Shown piece after piece: positions 20,270-27,805 of a stretch of DNA of 64,000 nucleotides. The stretch spans positions 200,317-264,316 of the forward strand of contig CAJKMG010000003.1 in NCBI GenBank assembly GCA_905200945.1. The letters run 5' to 3'. Positions within the stretch are counted from its first letter, which is position 1. The number at the start of each line of letters is the position of its first letter. Under the pieces are notes generated by a model, which was given only the letters and a program-made list of their open reading frames with translations, was not told where the DNA came from and made no database searches. Made by a program: the position numbers and the translations under genes. This DNA is from an uncultured Akkermansia sp. (GTDB lineage Bacteria > Verrucomicrobiota > Verrucomicrobiia > Verrucomicrobiales > Akkermansiaceae).

Positions 20270-22342
20270 ATGAGCAAATGCTTTTCTGAAACCTTTTGTT
20301 CACCTTCCCTGCATCAAGCCGGAGGCGCCGTCCATGGAACCTATTTCCCGCACATTGACGGCCTGCGTACCTTTGCCGTGTTGGCCGTCGTCCTGTACCA
20401 TTTGCAGGAAGGAATCTGCCCGGGCGGCTATACAGGCGTGGACATCTTCTTTGTCATCTCCGGATATCTGATTGGCGGAGGCTTTATCCGCAGCCTGAAG
20501 GAGGGAACCTTCTCCCTGACCTCTTTTTATCTCCGGAGAATCAGGCGCATCATGCCCGCCTACTTCTGCCTGATTGCAGCCGTGCTGGCTTTCGGCTGCA
20601 TAGTGCTGGACTGCGATGACCTGCGGATTCTGGGCAGGACGGTGAGATCTAGCGCCCTTTTCATCACCAACATTTATTTCAGCAGAACCACAGGGGATTA
20701 CTTCAGCCCGGCGGCGGAAGAAAACCCTTTGCTGAACCTGTGGTCCCTGAGCGTGGAAGAACAATTTTACCTGATGATCCCACTTACCCTGTGGCTGCTC
20801 TGGAAATTCAGGGAAAAAGTTGTCAAGCCCGTTCTATGGGGGGTGCTGGGCCTCTCCTTCTTCGCCGCCGTCTGCCACATGGGTCATCTGGAACATAACA
20901 AGGCCTTCTACCTGCTTTACTGCCGCGCCTGGGAACTCCTGGCCGGCTGCCTTCTGGCTCTTGCACCCGCTGCGGGACAAAACCGGGGAACCGGATGGCT
21001 GCGGACGGCGGGATGGGCCGGCATCCTGCTCCCATTTGCCTGCTATACGCCTTCCACTCCTTTTCCCGGATACACGGCCATCCCTTCCATCGCGGGGGCG
21101 GCTTTGCTTATCCGCTACGGAAACCATGGCTGGTCCGGTCGTATCCTCAGACATCCGCTCAGCACAGGCATCGGCAAAATCTCCTACTCCCTGTACTTGT
21201 GGCATTGGCCGGTTATCGTGTACTGGACGTACGTCTGCTTCGATGAATGCACTCCCTGGGATTATGCAGGAATGTTCCTTCTCTCCCTCCTTCTGGGTTT
21301 CCTCTCCTGGAAATTCGTGGAAACTCCCTTCAGAACGACCGTCTCATGGCACCTCCCCAAAAAAACATTTCTGGCCACGGCAACAGGGTGCCTCATGCTG
21401 GGATTTGCCGGCGAATGGCTCAAATGGACGGACGGCGCGCGGGATTACTGGCATGTAGCGGCCAACAACATGGAATTCCCTGAATACTGGAAAGGGCCGG
21501 CCTTCCCTCCCTCCTTCGGCATCACGCCTCCCGACCGGGCGGTGGTGGAAAAGGGGAACGCCATTCAGCACCATCATCCGGAACTGGGAGATGTGACGGA
21601 TTACCCTTTTGTCCTGCTGGGAAAAACCGGGCAGGCCCCTTCCTTCCTGCTTATGGGGGACAGCCATGCCATGGCCAGTTCCCCCGGGTTTGACGAGGCC
21701 GCCCGGCTTCTTCAGCGTTCCGGCCTGTTCTACCGCGCTCGCCTGTGTCCTCTGAGCGGCATCTCCGGCTCCGGAGACCCCTCTTCCCTGACGCTCCTGC
21801 GCCTGATGTACCCTCATTGGGAGCACAATATGAAACTAATCCTGGACTGGCTGGAAAATACCCCCCAGATCAAGACCGTATTCATTCACAACCGCTGGAT
21901 TGAACTGGTCAACAACCAACGGGATACGCGCCTGAAACAACTGGTTGCAGACGGCCTGCTCCACACCTGTGCGCGCCTCCGGAAGGCCGGTAAGCAAACT
22001 GTACTGCTGGGTCCCGTTCCTGAATGGACTTTCGGCCCTCGCAAGCTTATGCGGCGCAATGCTCTGCTGAACTCCAACCGGACAGACCGCCTGCTGGGCG
22101 GAGACTTCAACACGCGGCAGCGTCCGGTATTCGCCCTGTTGGAATACATGGAATCCACAGGCATGTGCCGCTTCATCCCCCTCCACGGCACCTTCCATAA
22201 ACACGGGCGGTGGCTGGCGGAAGACGGCGGCCAACTGATGTACTGCGACGACAACCACCTTTCCCCCTATGGGGCCAGAAAAGCGGTCGGCGACATCATC
22301 GGCCAGCTTTTCCCGGGAATGGAAAGAACAGCTGCCAACTAA
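20270..22342 (+). CDS. Acyltransferase family 3 membrane protein with C-terminal SGNH hydrolase domain (OafA/YrhL-like O-acetyltransferase)
   Basis: HIDGLRTFAVLAVVLYH...DIFFVISGYLI is the AT3 signature. About ten TM helices. A periplasmic C-terminal domain with GDSHA (SGNH block I). Confidence 0.8.
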   Translation: MSKCFSETFCSPSLHQAGGAVHGTYFPHIDGLRTFAVLAVVLYHLQEGICPGGYTGVDIFFVISGYLIGGGFIRSLKEGTFSLTSFYLRRIRRIMPAYFCLIAAVLAFGCIVLDCDDLRILGRTVRSSALFITNIYFSRTTGDYFSPAAEENPLLNLWSLSVEEQFYLMIPLTLWLLWKFREKVVKPVLWGVLGLSFFAAVCHMGHLEHNKAFYLLYCRAWELLAGCLLALAPAAGQNRGTGWLRTAGWAGILLPFACYTPSTPFPGYTAIPSIAGAALLIRYGNHGWSGRILRHPLSTGIGKISYSLYLWHWPVIVYWTYVCFDECTPWDYAGMFLLSLLLGFLSWKFVETPFRTTVSWHLPKKTFLATATGCLMLGFAGEWLKWTDGARDYWHVAANNMEFPEYWKGPAFPPSFGITPPDRAVVEKGNAIQHHHPELGDVTDYPFVLLGKTGQAPSFLLMGDSHAMASSPGFDEAARLLQRSGLFYRARLCPLSGISGSGDPSSLTLLRLMYPHWEHNMKLILDWLENTPQIKTVFIHNRWIELVNNQRDTRLKQLVADGLLHTCARLRKAGKQTVLLGPVPEWTFGPRKLMRRNALLNSNRTDRLLGGDFNTRQRPVFALLEYMESTGMCRFIPLHGTFHKHGRWLAEDGGQLMYCDDNHLSPYGARKAVGDIIGQLFPGMERTAAN

Positions 22343-22502
22343 CGTAAGCTTCGTACGGCAAACATCCAATCCTTTGACATTGACAAGGCATACAGGCCTC
22401 CTACACTGGCGCCAGACGGCAAAGCCTTCGCGATGGTCCCGGATAAATAACCCGGAATATGGAGGCCATGCCGCGTCCCCTTTCTCCAATGCCTGCACTC
22501 CC

Positions 22503-23534
22503 ATGACGGATTCCCCCCGCCCCACACGCATCAAGGTCATCAGAAAATCCATGAAGGCCTCTCCGGATCAAACGGAATCCCTGTTGTGGGGCGACTGCCT
22601 GTTCTGCACGGACGCCGCCATGACGGATTACGACTGGATTCTGGTATATGACGAATTTCCCAGAACTCCCGTGGGCACCATCAGGAATGAAACGGAACCC
22701 CTTCTCTGCCCTCCGGACCAGACTATCCTGATTACGGTGGAACCCCCCTCCATCAAAATCTACAGCAGGGCATACACCAGCCAGTTCGGCACCGTTCTCA
22801 CCACCCACTCTGCCCGGGACCTTCCGCACCCCGGGCACACCCTGGGCCGCGGATGCCTTGAATGGCTGTACATCAAACCCATGCAGGACATTCTGGATCA
22901 GAAGGAATTCCCGAAGACAAAAATGCTTTCCACTATCTGCTCCGCCAAGCAGCATACGCATACCATGCATAAAAAGCGCTATGACCTTACGCGCTACCTG
23001 GCGGACCGTCTTCCGGAACTGGACTGGTTCGGACACGGCATCCGGGAAATAGAAAATAAAACCGTCGCCATGGATGACTACAAATATCATTTATGCGTGG
23101 AAAACCACCTGGAACCCCACCACTGGACGGAAAAACTGTCTGATGCTTTTGTCGCCATGACCCTTCCCTTTTACGCCGGGGATCCGCTGGCAACGGAATG
23201 CTTCCCGCAGGAAAGCTTCATCCCCATCCCGCTGGACAACCCGCAAAAAGCCCTGGAAATCATCCGCAAGGCCATGGAAGACGGAGAATATGAAAAAAGA
23301 CTCCCCGCCATCCGTGAGGCAAGGCGCCTGGTGCTGGAAAAATACAACATGTTCGCTCAAACAGCGGCAGTCATTCACAACCACAGGGAAACGGGAACCA
23401 TACGGCCCGGAGCCATGCTGAAAGGACGTCACGTCCTGCGGAAAAATCCGCTCAATGCCCTTCGGGAATTGGCAGACACCCTGGCCTATAAAATCAGATC
23501 GTTCGGCAGACGCGGAACCGGCTCCGGAGCGTAA
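22503..23534 (+). CDS. Second GT10-like (fucosyltransferase-type) glycosyltransferase
   Basis: YKYHLCVENHLEPHHWTEKLSDAFVAMTLPFYAG follows the same YK-x-x-(F/V)EN...(Y/W)T(S/E)EK...(I/P)xY(W/A)G pattern as the 19189 gene. Start placed at ATG 22503; the ORF-track start overlaps the upstream gene. Confidence 0.5.
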   Translation: MTDSPRPTRIKVIRKSMKASPDQTESLLWGDCLFCTDAAMTDYDWILVYDEFPRTPVGTIRNETEPLLCPPDQTILITVEPPSIKIYSRAYTSQFGTVLTTHSARDLPHPGHTLGRGCLEWLYIKPMQDILDQKEFPKTKMLSTICSAKQHTHTMHKKRYDLTRYLADRLPELDWFGHGIREIENKTVAMDDYKYHLCVENHLEPHHWTEKLSDAFVAMTLPFYAGDPLATECFPQESFIPIPLDNPQKALEIIRKAMEDGEYEKRLPAIREARRLVLEKYNMFAQTAAVIHNHRETGTIRPGAMLKGRHVLRKNPLNALRELADTLAYKIRSFGRRGTGSGA

Positions 23535-23937
23535 CCTGGATTCCTGGCGCGCGGCAACAGGGGAACAGGCTTCCCCGCCAGTAAAGAGAATGGGCGGCCG
23601 ATAGCCGATGGCCCTGCGGCAGGTGGAATAAAAAGCCTCCTGCGGCGGGAAAATTCAGAAGAAATGCCTTCCCCTTGGTGCTCAGCCAGTTTCCTGGCCG
23701 TTAAAGCATAATCTTGCGGTCCGAGGCCCGGCGTCCGGCGGCGGCATGCTGGTTTTATTCCAGATCCCGGTTCCACTTCCCCATTCTTCCGCCGTACACG
23801 CAGACAGAACGGAACATACCGCTTCAACAGCCCATCCGGCACCAATTCCGCATCCCATCGCTTTAACTGACACGGCCCCGCCCGGTCTGAAACCGGTTCA
23901 AACCGGACGGAAAACAGGCCATTAAAACGGAAAAAAC

Positions 23938-24171
23938 TTAATCCGCTTTGCGGGAAGCGTGCCTCTTGGCCCGTTCCTCCTCCCGCTGCTTCTTCAGGTC
24001 TTCCTTCATCTTGGCCTTCTCTTCGGAATCCAGCTTTCCATCCTTGTTAATATCATATTTTTCAAGGAGAGCGGCTTTCTTCTCCGCAGAAGTCATTCTC
24101 TTGGGAGCGTCTTCCTCCGCCATGGAAGGCATGGCGAACGCAACGGCCAGAACAATAAGCAAATACTTCAT
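23938..24171 (-). CDS. Small secreted EF-hand calcium-binding protein (77 aa)
   Basis: Signal peptide MKYLLIVLAVAFAMPSMA. Canonical EF-hand loop DINKDGKLDSEE. Lys/Glu-rich tail. Confidence 0.55.
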   Translation of the reverse strand: MKYLLIVLAVAFAMPSMAEEDAPKRMTSAEKKAALLEKYDINKDGKLDSEEKAKMKEDLKKQREEERAKRHASRKAD

Positions 24172-24294
24172 GATTAAATGGGGTTTTTGAATAATCCTTT
24201 TCTACTCCCGCACGTGCCGGTTGTCTCTCTTTTTTTAGCAATACATGCAAATTACCCGGCCATGCCCCTTTTCCGCCGCATGAACTCCCCCCGG

Positions 24295-26160
24295 TCAAGC
24301 CTTCCCGAACGGGAAAAATAGCGGAATCACCACGACCATGACCAGCCCCATAATCACCTGCAGGGGAACGCCCACTTTCACGTAATCCATGAACGTATAT
24401 TTCCCCGCCGGCATGACCAGGGCATTGGGCGGCGTGGAAAAGGGAGAGGCAAAACACATGCTGGTACCTACGGAAACCGCCAGCAGCAGCGGATAGGGGC
24501 TGATGCCCATACTCGCCGAGGATTGCAGCGCGATAGGCGCCAGAAGCACCGCCGTAGCTGTATTGCTGATAAACATGGTCAGCAGGGACGCCGTGAAATA
24601 GACGCCCGCCATCAGGGCAAACGGCCCGAATCCCCCCAGTCCGGCCACCAGCCCGTGGGAAATGGCCTCTGAGGCTCCCGTCTTCTCCAGCGCTACGGAC
24701 ATCGGCAGCATGGCGGCAATCAACACGATGCTCTCCCAGTTGATCGTCCGGTACGCCTCCTCCACATTGCGCAGACAGCCGCACAACACCATCAGGACGG
24801 CGGCAATCAATACCGCCGCCACAGCAGGCACCCAGTTGAACACCATGGCCGCAATCATCAGCAGCATAATGCCTGCGGCCAGGGGGGCCTTATGCGTCAG
24901 GGTCACCTTGGAGGCCTCCGCCAGAGGCTGGCCCACTACAACCCATTCAAAGGTTTTCTCACTCAGGCGCGCAATATCCGTCCAGGTTCCCTGAACCAGC
25001 AGCGTATCTCCGTACTGGAGCTTCACATCCTTCAAATTATGGAAAATGTAATGGTTGTCTCGCTGGATGGCCAGAATATTGACCCCGTACTTGGCGCGCA
25101 GCCCCGAAGACTTCACGGGCATGTTGATAAGGTCCGAGTTCCGCATGAGCAGCATTTCCGCAATGCCTATCTCGTCAAACTTCAATTTGCTTTTCAACAG
25201 GGAATCCGTATCTTCCGACGTCTTCCGGTTAATCATCTCCGCCCCATATTCCCGGGCAAAACGGGCCACGTCCTCAAACTCCCCCATGACATAAATGACG
25301 TCGCCCCGGGCCACCCTCGTATCTGAACCCGCCATGGTCTGGCTGACCGTCTGCAGGAAGGAATGCCGGCCGGAATGCCTGCGGCGCACCTCCACAATAT
25401 TCACGCGGTAAAGGTCCGGTATCTGAAGATCATGCAGAGGATGTTCCGTCAGAGGGGAATCCTCCAGCACCCGGAGGCGGTAAAGATTATTAATAATCTG
25501 GTACTCGTCTATCAACTGGCTGAGGGATTTCCCCTTGGCCTCGTGTTCCGCCCTGTCGTCATGGCGTCCCAGAAACCTCCTGCTGAGGGGGATCAGCACC
25601 AGGATGCCCGTCACGATGCAGACAAGGCCGATGGGGGTGAACGCAAAAAAGCCCAGCCCCTCCATTCCGGCCTCCTGAAGCTGGTTGTTGACGACAAGGT
25701 TGGGGGGCGTGCCGATCAGCGTCAGCATGCCGCCCATACTGCTGGCAAATGCCATGGGCATGAGCAGACGGCTCGTCTGGATGCCTCCGTCCGCAGCCAG
25801 GCTCACCAGAATAGGCAGCATCAGCGCTACCGTCCCCGTATTGCTGACAAAGGCGCCTATGCCGGCTGTAACAAGCATGGTCAGCACCAGCAGGCGCAAC
25901 TCGCTCCTGCCGGCCAGTTTCATGATTCTGCCGCCCATCATCTTGGCCAGGCCCGTCCGGAAAATGGCGCCTCCCACCACGAAAAGCCCCACCATCATCA
26001 CCACAATGGAATTGGAAAAGCCGGAAAGCGCCTGTTCCGGGCTCAAAATCCCGAACATAATCAGGCAGAGCAGGGAACACAGCGCGACAAGATCAGAACG
26101 AATCCTCCCCTGGACAAATAAAACGGCGGATACTCCCAGAATGAGAAGCGTGGTCAACAT
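24295..26160 (-). CDS. SLC13/DASS-family anion permease with two central TrkA-C (RCK_C) domains
   Basis: Duplicated CitMHS-type membrane halves around a cytoplasmic region containing two TrkA_C-like segments (DLYRVNIVEVRR..., GVNILAIQRDNHYIF...). Confidence 0.85.
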   Translation of the reverse strand: MLTTLLILGVSAVLFVQGRIRSDLVALCSLLCLIMFGILSPEQALSGFSNSIVVMMVGLFVVGGAIFRTGLAKMMGGRIMKLAGRSELRLLVLTMLVTAGIGAFVSNTGTVALMLPILVSLAADGGIQTSRLLMPMAFASSMGGMLTLIGTPPNLVVNNQLQEAGMEGLGFFAFTPIGLVCIVTGILVLIPLSRRFLGRHDDRAEHEAKGKSLSQLIDEYQIINNLYRLRVLEDSPLTEHPLHDLQIPDLYRVNIVEVRRRHSGRHSFLQTVSQTMAGSDTRVARGDVIYVMGEFEDVARFAREYGAEMINRKTSEDTDSLLKSKLKFDEIGIAEMLLMRNSDLINMPVKSSGLRAKYGVNILAIQRDNHYIFHNLKDVKLQYGDTLLVQGTWTDIARLSEKTFEWVVVGQPLAEASKVTLTHKAPLAAGIMLLMIAAMVFNWVPAVAAVLIAAVLMVLCGCLRNVEEAYRTINWESIVLIAAMLPMSVALEKTGASEAISHGLVAGLGGFGPFALMAGVYFTASLLTMFISNTATAVLLAPIALQSSASMGISPYPLLLAVSVGTSMCFASPFSTPPNALVMPAGKYTFMDYVKVGVPLQVIMGLVMVVVIPLFFPFGKA

Positions 26161-26354
26161 AGCAATAAACGGCAGGAGTGAAAAAACGGCAAGGGAGGAT
26201 ATCTAACATGACCTGCACGTCTTGTCGATAGGCTGAACAAGTCATTCACAAAACCGTCTCTCCGCCGGCATCCGGCAGAAAAAACACTTTATGCATCCTG
26301 CTCGGAGAACCCCGCTTCCTCTTTCCTTCTCCGGTATCATGGGGATGAGGAAAC

Positions 26355-26386
26355 AATAAAAAACGCGCTCTCTGAAAGAACGCGCC
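26355..26386 (-). terminator. Rho-independent terminator downstream of tRNA-Tyr
   Basis: On the minus strand, hairpin CGCGTTCT-TTCAG-AGAGCGCG followed by TTTTTTAT. Confidence 0.5.
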
Positions 26387-26399
26387 ATAAAATGAAAAG

Positions 26400-26485
26400 T
26401 GGTGGGTAGAGAAGGATTCGAACCTTCGAAAGCAAATGCTAACAGATTTACAGTCTGCCCCCTTTGACCGCTCGGGAATCTACCC
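26400..26485 (-). tRNA. tRNA-Tyr (GTA anticodon, long variable arm, CCA encoded)
   Basis: Reverse complement GGGTAGATTCCCGAGCGGTCAAAGGGGGCAGACTGTAAATCTGTTAGCATTTGCTTTCGAAGGTTCGAATCCTTCTCTACCCACCA. 7-bp acceptor stem GGGTAGA/TCTACCC. Anticodon loop CTGTAAA. Near-identical D and T arms to E. coli tRNA-Tyr. Confidence 0.85.
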
Positions 26486-26643
26486 ACTTGAAGTGATGTG
26501 CGGCGAATGTATAGGGATTCCCGTGCCTTAGCAAGTTTTTTTTATAAAAAGTAGGTCCTCCCAGAAGCAGAAACCCCATATGCAACAGCCATGCCGCCGG
26601 AAGGAAAGCGGATGCAGGAACACAAGGCCGGAAAAGGCAATTT

Positions 26644-27129
26644 TCACGAATCTCCCACATATACCGGAGCGCGGCTGTCCGGGGAATCCGCATCCAGTTG
26701 CTCCAGCTGGGGCAGAATGTTCTCCATGCTCTCCCATACGGAGGGAACAATCTTGATTGCGGTTCCAAACCGGACTGCCATCATCAAGGCGTCTGAAGGG
26801 CGGGCGTCCAGCTCCACCAGCTTGTCCATCACCTCATTGGCGGCCTCTATGGTCACGCGGGCATAAAAGACTTCATCCTTGCGGCCGTTGATAAGCACCA
26901 GCCTCACCCGGCATTCCATGGCGGATAAAAAGTGAGCCAGCAGGGAAGACGTGTCCGGCCGTACCGGGCGTTCCCCGTTCAGGCAGCGTTCCAGGGCCAT
27001 GCCGTCTGTCAGCTCCATGAAAATGACGCCCACCTTGCCGGTCAGAGGATCACGCAGGCACACACCCGCCCCGGCCCGGGTGTAAAGCAGGGCATAAGGT
27101 TCCAGAGCAATCAAATTTTCATCCGGCAT
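26644..27129 (-). CDS. Bifunctional nuclease family protein (BFN/DUF151)
   Basis: Length and layout match DUF151: VFYARVTIE...ELDARPSDALMMAVRFGTAIKI. Confidence 0.7.
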   Translation of the reverse strand: MPDENLIALEPYALLYTRAGAGVCLRDPLTGKVGVIFMELTDGMALERCLNGERPVRPDTSSLLAHFLSAMECRVRLVLINGRKDEVFYARVTIEAANEVMDKLVELDARPSDALMMAVRFGTAIKIVPSVWESMENILPQLEQLDADSPDSRAPVYVGDS

Positions 27130-27148
27130 GGCGGGCGGAAATCACATG

Positions 27149-27685
27149 TTAAAAACCGGGATTAATAACCCGTTCCGTATAGCGGGCAGCCACCTTGACG
27201 TATTTTTCCGCCCATTTGTGGTTATTATCCGCGGATTCCGGCCCCAGGTCCTTCACCACCTTGGCAGGAGAACCCAGCACCAGGGAATTGGGGGGAATGA
27301 CGGTACCTTTGGTAATGAGCGCGCCCGCTCCCACCACAGACCCCTGGCCGATGACCGCTCCATCCAGAATAATGGACCCCATGCCTATCAGGCAATTATC
27401 CTCCACCGTGCAGGCGTGCAGAATCACGCCGTGCCCCACGGTTACGTACTTGCCTACATAGCAGCCGAAATCGTCTGCCAGGTGGATGCAGCTGTTGTCC
27501 TGGATATTGGAGTAATCACCAATGACGATCTTATTGATATCTGCGCGCAGCGTGGTATGGTACCAGACGCTGGCATGTTCCCCAATGGTAACATCTCCAA
27601 TCAAATCAGCGCTTTCCGCCACAAAAGCGGTATCCGCCACTTTGGGCCAGAAGTTCGCGTAAGGTTCTCTTGCCATATAAGTCAT
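27149..27685 (-). CDS. Gamma-class carbonic anhydrase family protein (LbH; YrdA/PaaY-like)
   Basis: Hexapeptide repeats with the His residues of the gamma-CA metal site (VWYHTTLRAD...CIHLAD...GHGVILHAC). Confidence 0.8.
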   Translation of the reverse strand: MTYMAREPYANFWPKVADTAFVAESADLIGDVTIGEHASVWYHTTLRADINKIVIGDYSNIQDNSCIHLADDFGCYVGKYVTVGHGVILHACTVEDNCLIGMGSIILDGAVIGQGSVVGAGALITKGTVIPPNSLVLGSPAKVVKDLGPESADNNHKWAEKYVKVAARYTERVINPGF

Positions 27686-27805
27686 GTATTAATTGAAGAT
27701 AAGACAGCATTCCAGTCTAAAAACGTTCATTCCGCGGGTATGCCGCAGCCGGAAACGAACACGGCCGAACCCACCCGAAAATGAAAGGCCGCAGGCACCT
27801 CCGCA

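Noticed and set aside
26242-26487. 81-aa minus-strand ORF
   Set aside because: It overlaps the tRNA-Tyr gene and its terminator. It is an artefact.
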